NCBI GenBank assembly: GCA_903840165.1
Contig: CAIMEY010000089.1
Span: 20,313-84,312 of the forward strand
From: an uncultured Myxococcales bacterium
Lineage (GTDB): Bacteria > Myxococcota_A > UBA9042
Length of the DNA: 64,000 nucleotides
Reading direction: 5' to 3'
Positions 32,600-41,290 of this stretch are shown here, in pieces. The notes under the pieces are model-generated. The model made no database searches and was not told where the DNA came from. It saw nothing but the letters and a program-made list of their open reading frames with translations. Each line of letters opens with the position of its first letter. The stretch's first letter is position 1. The translations under genes and the position numbers were made by a program.

Positions 32600-34324
32600 T
32601 TGGGGCAAGGCGTGACCGAAGTCTTCGGCAATCGCTACGAGGTCATCGAACGCGTCGGCGACGGCGGAATGGCCACGGTTTACCGGGGCTTAGACCGCGT
32701 CCTCAAGCGTGACGTCGCCATCAAAGTCATGCACCCGCACCTAGCCGGTCGGGCCGATGCGCGGCAACGCTTCAACCGCGAAGCTCAGGCGATTGCGCGT
32801 CTTCATCATACCAATATCGTTGATGTATTTGACTTTTCGCTGGGCACTGACGAGAACGCGTACCTGATCACAGAGTTTGTCCACGGTGACACGCTGACGC
32901 GATTCGTTATGGACCACGGGCCCTTTCTGCCCCAAGCGGCTGCGTTGATTGGCCACGCGGTGGCGTCGGCCCTGGAGCACGCGCACGGCGTCGGTATCGT
33001 TCACCGCGACATCAAACCCGATAACCTCATGATTTCTAAGGATGGTCACATCAAGCTGATGGACTTCGGCATTGCGACTGCGATGGACCTTGAGCAGATG
33101 ACTGCAACGGGCGCTATCGTCGGCTCGCCCGCTCACATGGCGCCCGAGCAGATCGAGGGTGGTCCCCTGGATCATCGCTGTGATATCTTTGCCTTTGGTA
33201 CGGTCCTGTACTACTTGGTCACACGTAAACTGCCGTTTGTGGCGAGCAATCCGCACGCGCTGTTCCGGATGATTCTCGAGGGGCGCTACGAGGCAGCGAG
33301 CAAGCATAATCCCCAAGTGGATCGCGGCTTTGACAGCCTAATCGCCCAATGTTTGGCGCGTCAGCCGGCTGACCGCTGGCCGACGATGACGGCCGTGCAA
33401 AACGCCCTGAGCCTGTACCTCAAGCAGTTCCGCATGAGCGATGTGGCGACCCTGTTGCCGCGTTTCCTCAAGGCTCCTGAGGTGTTCCAGTTCGACCTCA
33501 AACCGTCCCTGGTGCAAATCTTGACGGCGGAGGGCCGGCGCTACGGTCAGGCCAATCAGTTGGCCTTGGCGATTGACTCGCTCAATCGCGCCTTGGTGCT
33601 CGACGCTGACGCCGATGAACCCCGCTTGGCACTAAGGGAATTGACGGTTCGCTCTCGACGACGCAAGCAGTTTCGACGGTTGACCGTGCTCGGGGCGGTC
33701 GCGGCTGGTCTGTTGCTGATTGCCTGGGTTGGCTGGGCGCTATTGCAGGAAGTTCCCAGTGATCAGCCTGTTACCGTGGTCAAAGCGCCGCTGAGCCTAC
33801 CTGCGCTGCCGGCGGCAACGACCAATCGCTGGCCGACGCAGCCTTTGCCCCAGGTCGTGACGGGTACGCAGGTGCCCGCTCCCCAGCCGCTGCCGGAACC
33901 TGCCGTGGCGGGCAATGCCATCAACCAGCATGTCCGCCCGAGCGTGGACGTCGATGTGCGCAAAGCCGCTGTTAATGCAAGGGTTCTTGGCTGGCGTTTG
34001 CCGGTAAAGAATGATCCCCACGATACCAAGCTGGCCGATCCGCCCGGGCCATCGCAGCACTATCGCGTCAGTCTTGGCTCGAATCCACCGTCCGCAAGCC
34101 TGGTTGTGCGGCGCCTGGACCGTCCTGGGCCTTCACCCAGTGGCGATGGCTTCTTGGCTCCGGAGCTGGAAACGGGCAGCTACGTGCTGACTTGCACATT
34201 CCCGTCCGAGGCGTGCGCCGACTGTACACCTGCGGAACTTAAGCGGGAACGTCGGTTCGAAGTGCCCGTCCGCCCTGGGGTCGCCATCAAGTGTGAAAGG
34301 CCAGAACACAAAGAACATCCCTGA
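32600..34324 (+). CDS. Hanks-type Ser/Thr protein kinase, single-pass membrane protein with an extracytoplasmic C-terminus
   Basis: GDGGMATVY...AIK, HRDIKPDNL, DFGIA and SPAHMAPEQ, with a TM segment VLGAVAAGLLLIAWVGWALL. Confidence 0.9.
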   Translation: MGQGVTEVFGNRYEVIERVGDGGMATVYRGLDRVLKRDVAIKVMHPHLAGRADARQRFNREAQAIARLHHTNIVDVFDFSLGTDENAYLITEFVHGDTLTRFVMDHGPFLPQAAALIGHAVASALEHAHGVGIVHRDIKPDNLMISKDGHIKLMDFGIATAMDLEQMTATGAIVGSPAHMAPEQIEGGPLDHRCDIFAFGTVLYYLVTRKLPFVASNPHALFRMILEGRYEAASKHNPQVDRGFDSLIAQCLARQPADRWPTMTAVQNALSLYLKQFRMSDVATLLPRFLKAPEVFQFDLKPSLVQILTAEGRRYGQANQLALAIDSLNRALVLDADADEPRLALRELTVRSRRRKQFRRLTVLGAVAAGLLLIAWVGWALLQEVPSDQPVTVVKAPLSLPALPAATTNRWPTQPLPQVVTGTQVPAPQPLPEPAVAGNAINQHVRPSVDVDVRKAAVNARVLGWRLPVKNDPHDTKLADPPGPSQHYRVSLGSNPPSASLVVRRLDRPGPSPSGDGFLAPELETGSYVLTCTFPSEACADCTPAELKRERRFEVPVRPGVAIKCERPEHKEHP

Positions 34325-34378
34325 AACCGGTGCAATTCTGGGTTTCGCGACATAGTGAGGCGTCAACTTAGCGATATT

Positions 34379-34777
34379 TTAGGCTGACTTGGGCCGCTTC
34401 AAGGCCATGGCCAAGCTCAACCAGCCGCCAAGAAGGGCCACGCCGCCAATCGGCGTCACCATGCCCAAGCTGCGCACCTGGGTCCCCACGAGGGCGTACA
34501 GGGAACCGCTGAAGATCACAGTACCTACTGCGAAAGTAAAGGCGGCGCGCCCAAGCCAACGCTGCATCGCAGCGGGCGGATTGGTTCGCTGCAGCAGCGC
34601 TACCACCACCAAGGCGAGCGCGTGGTACATCTGGTAGCGCACGGCGGTTTCGACGATCGCCTGGTCCGCAGCCGGCAATCGACTGCGCAGGGCGTGAGCG
34701 GCAAACGCGCCGATCGCCACAGCCAGCAGTCCTAGCCAAGCACCTATCGCTCCAGCGGAATTGACGATTCGCTCCAT
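34379..34777 (-). CDS. DUF423 (YgdD/TMEM256-like) small membrane protein
   Basis: From the internal Met MERIVNSAGAIGAWLG: four TM helices with AFAAHAL, MYHALALV and IFSGSLY, the family hallmarks. Confidence 0.7.
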   Translation of the reverse strand: MERIVNSAGAIGAWLGLLAVAIGAFAAHALRSRLPAADQAIVETAVRYQMYHALALVVVALLQRTNPPAAMQRWLGRAAFTFAVGTVIFSGSLYALVGTQVRSLGMVTPIGGVALLGGWLSLAMALKRPKSA

Positions 34778-35067
34778 GCCTCTCCTTGGTCCGCGAGCCG
34801 GCTGTCTTGGTCGGCGGGGAGGCCGACTGCGCGGTCTAGGCCACAAGCGTGCCTGATTTCTCAACCATTCTCTAGGGCTGATGCCGATACCGGTGGTCCA
34901 ACCAGACAAAGAGCCCGGCGAGAGCCACGGCTAGCACGGTCACAACACCACCGACGATCAGCAATCCGTGGTCATGCGCCTGCACGACGCAAACGACGCA
35001 AGAGGCAGGCAGGGGGTGCACGGGCGGAATTATCATGATTTTGCCGACATTGCGCCACGACGACGCC

Positions 35068-35090
35068 GAACGAGGATGGGCGCTACGGTC
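35068..35090 (+). promoter_or_regulatory. Candidate autoregulatory ECF-type promoter (GAAC-N16-GTC) upstream of the ECF sigma gene
   Basis: CCGAAC at 35066-35071, a 16-nt spacer, then GTC at 35088-35090. The geometry is the same as at 36714-36736. Confidence 0.22.
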
Positions 35091-35361
35091 GGGCGCCACC
35101 CAGGCCTGATTTTCCCTTTTTGCCGGATGCGGTGTCCATAGATTTGCACTGTGATCGCGCACAGGAGCGCGCCTGATGCTGATTGCCCTGACCAAATCCT
35201 CGCAAATGAAGGTCGACCAAGACCAGGCAGTTCTGCGACCAATCGCAGCCGCAACCGCGAGCCGCCGGGGGAATCTGCATTGCGTTGCCGCGCTGACTTT
35301 GACAGCGCTACCACTGGACAACGGCTTGGAAATTGAGGCACAAGGGGATGCCTTTGCCGCC

Positions 35362-35958
35362 ATGGAGACGGTCGCAGCCATGCCCGAACCCGAGTCCGCA
35401 GCCGCGCAGCAAGAAGCCCGCCTGGCCGAGCGATTTTGCGCGGGCGATCGGCAAGCGTTCGCGGACCTGGTGACGATGTGGCAAAAGCCTGTGTATTACG
35501 CGATTTGGCGTTATGTCCGCCACGAAGAAGACGCGCGCGACCTGACCCAGGCCACCTTTGCCAAGGCTTGGCTGCACGCTGCCACGTTTCGCGGGGAAAG
35601 TAGCCTCAAGACTTGGTTATTCCGCATCGGCATCCACTTGGCCCTCAATCACCTGCGCGACCAAGGTCGCTGGAAGCAAGCGGGCGTGGAAGTGGATGAA
35701 ATTGCGCACGATCCTGCACTGCTAGAGCAACTGGATGAGGCGGACACGGCCCAGCAACTGCGCCTAGCGGTTGAGGAATTGCCGCCCAAACAACGATTGG
35801 TGGTTGAACTGCGCGTGCAGGAAGAGCTTTCGTTTCGCGACGTCGCGCAACTGGCTCAATGCAGCGAAGATGCCGCCAAGGCCAACTTTCAACATGCAAT
35901 CAAGAGATTGCGTTCGCTGCTGGGCAACCGCGGCGGGCGCTTGGAGCAAGGCCCATGA
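35362..35958 (+). CDS. ECF (sigma-70 group IV) RNA polymerase sigma factor
   Basis: Region 2: DARDLTQATFAKAW...LKTWLFRIGIHLALNHLRD. Region 4: LPPKQRLVVELRVQEELSFRDVAQL. The start is set at Met 35362. The track start at 35176 adds 62 non-homologous residues. Confidence 0.85.
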   Translation: METVAAMPEPESAAAQQEARLAERFCAGDRQAFADLVTMWQKPVYYAIWRYVRHEEDARDLTQATFAKAWLHAATFRGESSLKTWLFRIGIHLALNHLRDQGRWKQAGVEVDEIAHDPALLEQLDEADTAQQLRLAVEELPPKQRLVVELRVQEELSFRDVAQLAQCSEDAAKANFQHAIKRLRSLLGNRGGRLEQGP

Positions 35959-36662
35959 AGCCGACTATCCCACCGACGGGCGAGATTCCACTGTGTACGA
36001 GCGATGTTGCCTTACACAAGCCCAGCAACGTGATTCCACTCTTTGGCACCAAGGCTCGGCAGCTAGCGGCCGACTCGTGCGCTAATCTTGCTGATTTGTT
36101 GCCGCTTTGGGCCAATAGCTCCTTGGCTGGAGCCGAGGCAGAGCGCGTCCAGCGTCATGTGGCAACCTGCGCGGCCTGCCAGGCGGAAGTGTCTGCAATA
36201 ACGGCCCTTCTGGCCGAGATTGGCGCCGACGCAGGGGATGGCCCGGCACACGAGGACGCGTATTGGACAGCGCTGACGGCGGACATTCTCGCTGCCACGG
36301 CTGCTGTCCCTCAAGCGCCTGAAACAAAGGCGCCTTGGTCTGTTTCACAGCCGGTGATGAGGTCCAACGCTGCGACTGCGGCTCGGCAGCGACGCTGGTG
36401 GCATTTGTCAGCGGTTGCAGGTAGTGCCGTTGCTGCGGCCGCGGCGCTGGCCTTGGTGGTCGCTAAGCCGTGGACGCCTGAGTTGAGACCGGTGGCGACC
36501 GCGGCGACCGGCGACCACGGCGCAAACTGGTATGAATTGCCTGTGTTACCTCTTGATGATGATTTTGCGGCTGGCGATGACGACCCGATGGGTACCGTGG
36601 ATGACTTGGACGACAACGAGTTGGAACTCGTAGACGCCGTTCTAACCGACGATGGAGTCTAA
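35955..36662 (+). CDS. Anti-sigma factor (zf-HC2 type), single TM
   Basis: Its ATG overlaps the sigma gene stop (ATGA). It has the HVATCAACQAEV zinc-finger motif and a central TM segment WWHLSAVAGSAVAAAAALALVVA. Confidence 0.7.
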   Translation: MKPTIPPTGEIPLCTSDVALHKPSNVIPLFGTKARQLAADSCANLADLLPLWANSSLAGAEAERVQRHVATCAACQAEVSAITALLAEIGADAGDGPAHEDAYWTALTADILAATAAVPQAPETKAPWSVSQPVMRSNAATAARQRRWWHLSAVAGSAVAAAAALALVVAKPWTPELRPVATAATGDHGANWYELPVLPLDDDFAAGDDDPMGTVDDLDDNELELVDAVLTDDGV

Positions 36663-36705
36663 GCTTTTTTACAAAGGCAAGTCTGATGGCTGCCGATGGG
36701 ACGCT

Positions 36706-36750
36706 CGCCGTCGGAACGGTCACCGTCGGAACGGTCGCCGTCGGAACAAA
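36706..36750 (+). repeat. Three tandem 15-bp units CRCCGTCGGAACGGT between the anti-sigma gene and the Spy-like gene
   Basis: Units at 36706-36720, 36721-36735 and 36736-36750. The last unit ends in AAA instead of GGT. Confidence 0.85.
36714..36736 (+). promoter_or_regulatory. Candidate ECF-type promoter (GAAC-N16-GTC) upstream of the Spy-like gene
   Basis: GGAAC at 36713-36717, a 16-nt spacer, then GTC at 36734-36736. It lies ~75 nt upstream of the ATG at 36811 and sits within the tandem repeats. Confidence 0.28.
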
Positions 36751-36810
36751 GCGGGGCAACAGCCCCATGGCTCCCCGGTTCTTGGGCTGCACGAAGGTTA
36801 GGTTGCGAAC

Positions 36811-37422
36811 ATGCGCTCAATTTCAATAGCTTGCTGGCCCCTCTTGATCACGTTGGGGTTGCCGGCCTTGGCCTTTGGCCAGGCTCCACCGCTTGCACCA
36901 CCGGCCGCCCACAGCGCTCCCGCCGCGACGACGCCAGCTCGCCCCGGTCCTGCCCCGGCAAAACCACTTGATCCCAAACGGCAATCACAGACGCCTCAGC
37001 AGATTCGCGAAACGATGCACCAGAGCATTCGCGCGTGGCGCAAGCAGCGCCTGGCCGACGTGGTGCAACCCGATGCACCGACAGCCTTGAAGATCCAGGA
37101 TATTTTGGACCAACACGCCATTCAGACCATGGCATTGGGCGATGAGCTGCGCAAAACGAAAGCCGAACTGACGCGCCAACTCAAGTTGCCAGCCCCAGAC
37201 CTCGCGTTGCTGACCCGGCTCACGGACCAACTGCTGGCCGTGCAGGCCAAAATCGCCAAGGTGGAAGAGGACCGAAGCACGGCCGTGCGTAAAGTCCTTA
37301 CTCCCGTTCAGTTTTCCCGTTATCTGATTGCGTGGCCCAAGATCAACCGGCAAATCCAGGAAAAGATCTACCAGGCGCTGGCCAAGATCGGTGACCGGAC
37401 GGGGACGCGCGACGAGTTTTAG
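36811..37422 (+). CDS. Periplasmic Spy/CpxP-like (LTXXQ-motif) protein
   Basis: Signal peptide MRSISIACWPLLITLGLPALAFGQ, a helical Q/K/L-rich body, and LTPVQFSRYL (LTXXQ). Confidence 0.5.
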   Translation: MRSISIACWPLLITLGLPALAFGQAPPLAPPAAHSAPAATTPARPGPAPAKPLDPKRQSQTPQQIRETMHQSIRAWRKQRLADVVQPDAPTALKIQDILDQHAIQTMALGDELRKTKAELTRQLKLPAPDLALLTRLTDQLLAVQAKIAKVEEDRSTAVRKVLTPVQFSRYLIAWPKINRQIQEKIYQALAKIGDRTGTRDEF

Positions 37423-37436
37423 CCGCCAATTAGGCA

Positions 37437-37483
37437 TGTATAGCAAGGGTCTATCGCCTCGTTCTGAAACACGAATCTGCGAC
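37437..37483 (+). repeat. Copy 1 of a ~47-nt repeat starting with TGTATAGCAAG (possible small RNA or regulatory element)
   Basis: TGTATAGCAAGGGTCTATCGCCTCGTTCTGAAACACGAATCTGCGAC. Internal hairpin TCGT/ACGA at 37459-37474. Confidence 0.7.
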
Positions 37484-37582
37484 GCTGACGCCCTGACACC
37501 TCGCCCAAACTGCCCTGCTCGATGACGCAACGGGTACGAGGGGCTAGGCCAACCGCTCGGTGAATTGGCACCCAATCACGCG

Positions 37583-37629
37583 TGTATAGCAAGGCTCTAT
37601 CACCGTGTTCTAAAACGGGAATCTGCGAC
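37583..37629 (+). repeat. Copy 2 of the ~47-nt repeat
   Basis: TGTATAGCAAGGCTCTATCACCGTGTTCTAAAACGGGAATCTGCGAC, about 40/47 identical to copy 1. Its hairpin CCGT/ACGG (37603-37618) is at the same offset with compensatory changes. Confidence 0.7.
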
Positions 37630-37751
37630 CGACATCCTCCCGCGACCCCTCAGCCCGTCGCCGCCCAGGGACCTGTCGGCAAGATGCTTGTCGGTAACTT
37701 CGCCGCGGGCCTGAGCGGTGAGTCGAGCGCCAATTCGCCGCCAGAGGGCCT

Positions 37752-37788
37752 TGTACACCAAAGGTCTATCCCCTTGTTTTCTTAGGGG
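37752..37788 (+). repeat. Copy 3 (degenerate) of the repeat; its hairpin overlaps the stop codon of the Cys-rich gene
   Basis: TGTACACCAAAGGTCTATCCCCTTGTTTTCTTAGGGG. Hairpin CCCCT/AGGGG (37770-37788) at the equivalent offset. Confidence 0.55.
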
Positions 37789-40700
37789 CATCCGCCCTTG
37801 CCAACGCAGGCCGGGTCAGCACAATCCACTTTGCCATTGCCGTTGTCGTCGAGGTTGTTGCCGCAAATCTCCGGCCCAAACTGCAAGGTGACCGCCACAT
37901 CGTCGATGAACCAGCCTTTGCCTTGATTGCCCTGGTTGGTCGGAGCTTGCAGGCTAAATTCCATGCGAAAACGGTGTCCGGCCACCTTGGGCACGTCCAA
38001 ATCGATGGACCGCCACAGGCTCTGGCACGGACCGCTGCACGCACTGGTCGATTTGGACAGGGTAAACTGGTCGAGCACGGCATTGGTGTCCACGTCCCTC
38101 AGGACGACCAAGGGTAAGTCCTGGTCCACAGTGCCAAATCCGGTTCCACCAGGCAGGGGGCCATCCAGCGCGTAGTAGGTCGCAAACGCCAGGTGCGGCA
38201 TGGCTACCTTGGCTGTCAGGTCAATGGTGGGCGACTTGGCCACCAAGACCGGCGGCAAAAGGCAATAAATACCGACCTGTTGATCACAGTAGTTCAGACC
38301 GTTGTTGTAGTTCATCGTGCAGCCATGCTTGTCGGCATCCGGCGTGACCGGCGTCTGGTCCACGGCCCACAGTACCTTGTAGCCAGCCGGAGCGGTGACA
38401 GACCAGTCCTTTACGCCGGCGTCACAGGCAAAACCCTCTGAATACCAAGTGCATTCTTCCTGGGTTGGCGTACACAGTCCACCTTGGCAAGCACTGCTGA
38501 GGGTGCACGCCAAGCCGTCGTCACACGCACTGCCCTCCGGCGCCGGGGCGTGAGTGCAAGCACCTGATTTTACCTGGCAATTATCGACCGTGCACGGATT
38601 GCCGTCATCGCAAGGGCTCTGGCTGCCACCGTTGCAACTGCCTTTGGCGTCACAAGTATCGCCCAATGTGCACGGATTGGCGTCATCACAAGGTCCAATC
38701 TTCGCAACGTGCGTGCACAGCCCGGTGACTGCGTCGCAAGCATCCGTCGTGCACCCGTTCCCGTCGTCGCAGCCCCCGTTTGCCGCCGAGCCGCCACAGT
38801 TGCCCGCTGTGCAGTGGTCGCCGCTGGTGCAGGCGTTACCGTCATCGCAGGGCACATTGGCGCTCTGGGGAACATGCTGACAAAGGCCTGATTTTCCTTC
38901 ACAACTGTCGACGGTACAGCCATTGCCATCTTCGCAGTTCTTGGGACTGCCCGCGCCGCAACTGCCGCCCACGCAACTATCGCCGCTGGTGCAGGCATTG
39001 CCGTCGTCGCAGGTACCGCCCTGGGCCTTGGCCACGCACAGGCCCGTAGTGCTGTCGCAGGAATCCTCGGTGCACGGATTGCCGTCATTGCACGCGGCGT
39101 TGACGGCGCCCTGACAAGCGCCGCCGCTGCAGTGGTCACCGCTGCTGCACGCATTGTAGTCGTCGCAGGCGCTGCCGTTATTCTTGTGGCTACACCCGGC
39201 CTTGGCTGAACACACGTCGTCCGTGCATGGATTGGCGTCGCTACAGTCCTTGGCGGTCCCGGGCAGACACTTGCCGGATTTGCAATGGTCGCCGGTCGTA
39301 CAAAGGCTACCGTCCTCACAACTTGCTGTATTTGCAACCCATTGGCACCCAGTTTGCGGGCTGCAACCATCGTCGGTGCAGGGATTGTCGTCGCTGCAGT
39401 CGGTCTTTGTCCCTGCTACGCAACTGCCTTTGTTGCATGTGGAATTATCCGAGCATGCATCGCCATCGCCACAGCCACTGCCGTCAGGTAGCAGTGATGT
39501 CACGCAACCTTGCCCAGGTACGCACCAATCCTGCGTGCAGGGGTTGTTGTCGTCGCACCCGGCCACGCCGCTCCCTTGGCACTGCCCGGCTTGGCACTGG
39601 CCCAACTCGCAGACTTTGTCAAGTAAGCATTTGTTTTGATTGGGCAAATACTGGCAACCGCTGGCCGGCACACATGCGTCGGTGGTGCATGGATTGCCGT
39701 CGTCGCAGGTCGTCACGGCACCGGGCAAGCACACGCCTTGGCTGCAAGAGTCGCCGAGCGTGCATTTGGACCCATCCTCGCAAGGCCCTGTTACAGCGAA
39801 GAATTGGCAAGCGCCCGTGGCCTCGTCGCAGCTGTCTTGGCTGCAGGGGTTGGCGTCGGCGCAGACCTTGGCTGGGCCGGCTTTGCACACGCCATTGGCG
39901 CAGATGTCTCCAATCGTACAGGACTTTCCGTCCTGGCATGGCCCGACTGTGGGCACAAACTGGCAAATGCCGGTGCTCGGGTTGCAGGCATCGCTCGTGC
40001 ACGGATTGGCATCGTCGCAACTCGTTGAATTTCCCTGAATGCAGGCGCCTTGGCTGCATTGCCCGGGGGCCGCGCACAACTGGCCCAAGCCGCAGGGTCC
40101 AAGGGTCGGCTGATGGATGCAACCGCCTACAGGCAAACAGGTATCGCTGGTGCACTCGTTGCCGTCGTCACAGTCCAACAGCCCGGCAGCCGCCTGACAA
40201 CTGCCGCCACTGCACGCATCGCCCACCGTACACGCGTTGTTGTCATTGCAGGGCGCAGCGTTATTGCTGTGGAAGCAACCGAGGTTAGAAGCGCAGCTGT
40301 CCTCCGTGCAAGGATTGGCGTCTGTGCAATCCTTGATCGTCCCGAGGCATTGGCCCTGCACGCAGGCGTCGTCCGAGCTGCACGCGTCGCCATCCTCGCA
40401 CGGCGATCCGTCCGCTTTGGCCACCTGCTGACATTGGCCCTGGGCGCAAATGGACTGCCAACACGGCTTGGCAACAGGACATTGCGCTTGATTCTGGCAG
40501 TCTTCACCGCCGTCAGCCTCGCCATCTGCCTTTGTCGCATCCGCCGCGTCCCCGTCCGCCTGCGCATCCGGCTCAGCCTGCTCGTCCATTTCGTCTTTAT
40601 CTTCCAGATCTTGCCCTAGCGCGTCAGCCGAATCGGTGGCCACCAGGGTGTCGACGTCGTCCGGCTGTGTGGCCAGTTCTTGGTCCGGCCCGGCAAAGTC

Positions 40701-40940
40701 AGCAAACACCGCATCGGACGATTGTGCTTCTGAAACAAGGGCATCGGTGGACGCAGGCCCAGCATCGGCAGCCACCGTCGGCGCATCGCCCAGCGTCACC
40801 AGGGCATCGGGCGAACAGCCCCAAAGCAGCGCGGGAGCGAGGACAAACGTCACAAAAGCACGGGCAAATTGCGGCCATCGCCTCCTGCGATTAGGACAGG
40901 TCTCCCCGGCACCGATTGAATTGTGCGCCGCACTAGCCAT
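37782..40940 (-). CDS. Large secreted or lipid-anchored protein with ~20 Myxococcus-type cysteine-rich repeats and a C-terminal jelly-roll-like domain
   Basis: 1052 aa. It has an LLWGCSP lipobox-like N-terminus and an acidic linker. About twenty D-x-N-x-C-T-x-D-x-C / C-x-D-G-x-x-C-T-x-G-D-x-C units follow. The tail ends with CGNNLDDNGNGKVDCADPAC. Confidence 0.85.
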   Translation of the reverse strand: MASAAHNSIGAGETCPNRRRRWPQFARAFVTFVLAPALLWGCSPDALVTLGDAPTVAADAGPASTDALVSEAQSSDAVFADFAGPDQELATQPDDVDTLVATDSADALGQDLEDKDEMDEQAEPDAQADGDAADATKADGEADGGEDCQNQAQCPVAKPCWQSICAQGQCQQVAKADGSPCEDGDACSSDDACVQGQCLGTIKDCTDANPCTEDSCASNLGCFHSNNAAPCNDNNACTVGDACSGGSCQAAAGLLDCDDGNECTSDTCLPVGGCIHQPTLGPCGLGQLCAAPGQCSQGACIQGNSTSCDDANPCTSDACNPSTGICQFVPTVGPCQDGKSCTIGDICANGVCKAGPAKVCADANPCSQDSCDEATGACQFFAVTGPCEDGSKCTLGDSCSQGVCLPGAVTTCDDGNPCTTDACVPASGCQYLPNQNKCLLDKVCELGQCQAGQCQGSGVAGCDDNNPCTQDWCVPGQGCVTSLLPDGSGCGDGDACSDNSTCNKGSCVAGTKTDCSDDNPCTDDGCSPQTGCQWVANTASCEDGSLCTTGDHCKSGKCLPGTAKDCSDANPCTDDVCSAKAGCSHKNNGSACDDYNACSSGDHCSGGACQGAVNAACNDGNPCTEDSCDSTTGLCVAKAQGGTCDDGNACTSGDSCVGGSCGAGSPKNCEDGNGCTVDSCEGKSGLCQHVPQSANVPCDDGNACTSGDHCTAGNCGGSAANGGCDDGNGCTTDACDAVTGLCTHVAKIGPCDDANPCTLGDTCDAKGSCNGGSQSPCDDGNPCTVDNCQVKSGACTHAPAPEGSACDDGLACTLSSACQGGLCTPTQEECTWYSEGFACDAGVKDWSVTAPAGYKVLWAVDQTPVTPDADKHGCTMNYNNGLNYCDQQVGIYCLLPPVLVAKSPTIDLTAKVAMPHLAFATYYALDGPLPGGTGFGTVDQDLPLVVLRDVDTNAVLDQFTLSKSTSACSGPCQSLWRSIDLDVPKVAGHRFRMEFSLQAPTNQGNQGKGWFIDDVAVTLQFGPEICGNNLDDNGNGKVDCADPACVGKGGCP

Positions 40941-41290
40941 CGCGCGCGCCCCACACCTTTGGAAATCGTCACTGTTTCGCGGGCTTGTTGTCGTTCAAGC
41001 GCGCCAAGTCAACGGAGGGTCAAGCCACAAGGACACTAGCCCTGCCACACAGTCGCGAGTTCCGCCCGGCCCGTCAAGCGCTGCCTACCTAGGCTCCGAG
41101 GTCCTTGGTGCACTGTGCTGCGATATAGGCTTGAAATAAATACTCTTTCTCAGCAAACTGCGATGCGTTGCATTGTGTGAAGGCGTTGGCGCCCGCCCTC
41201 CACAAGCCCCGACGCTGGAACGTCTATCCCTGGACGATGTCAGTGGTTTTGCGTAGAATCGCCACGTTTGCTCCAGGGAGTCGGCGCGGG

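Noticed and set aside
35231-35246. CTGCGACCAATCGCAG inverted repeat and the shared octamer TCTGCGAC with the 37.4-kb repeats
   Set aside because: An 8-mer shared three times in 128 kb of GC-rich sequence is near chance expectation. There is no further similarity in the flanks.
35176-35361. Upstream start (35176) for the ECF sigma factor
   Set aside because: The extra 62 residues have no similarity to sigma region 1/2, and the Met at 35362 gives a canonical ECF length. It is kept open as an alternative, because the candidate promoter at 35068-35090 would suit either start.
34872-35381. 169-aa minus-strand ORF between the DUF423 gene and the ECF sigma gene
   Set aside because: Most of it is Arg/Ala/Ser-rich with no motifs, and it overlaps the sigma gene leader. 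Only the last ~54 codons (34872-35036, MIIPPVHPLP...VLAVALAGLFVWL) look like a possible small membrane protein. Support is too weak to annotate it.
37437-37785. Small ORFs starting at the repeat (MYSKGLSPRSETRICDADA..., 29 aa; V/MYSKALSPCSKTGICD..., 67 aa), which look like paralogous Cys-containing peptides
   Set aside because: The shared LYSKxL peptide is simply the translation of the conserved DNA word. Other copies close the same frame at once (7873: MYSKP-stop; 24806: LYSKPLIF-stop) or are read in other frames within genes. The paired hairpin substitutions fit RNA/DNA structure better than coding. Not fully excluded.
37437-37788. Possible mini CRISPR array (three repeats with ~100-120-nt spacers)
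   Set aside because: The repeats are imperfect (~85% identity, with the third degenerate). The spacers are far longer than CRISPR spacers and of unequal length. No cas genes are in the window.
38554-40619. Multiple 60-350-aa ORFs in other frames and on the + strand within the Cys-rich repeat gene
   Set aside because: They are products of the internally repetitive GC-rich DNA. Only the 1052-aa minus frame gives a regular cysteine-repeat pattern with a signal sequence.
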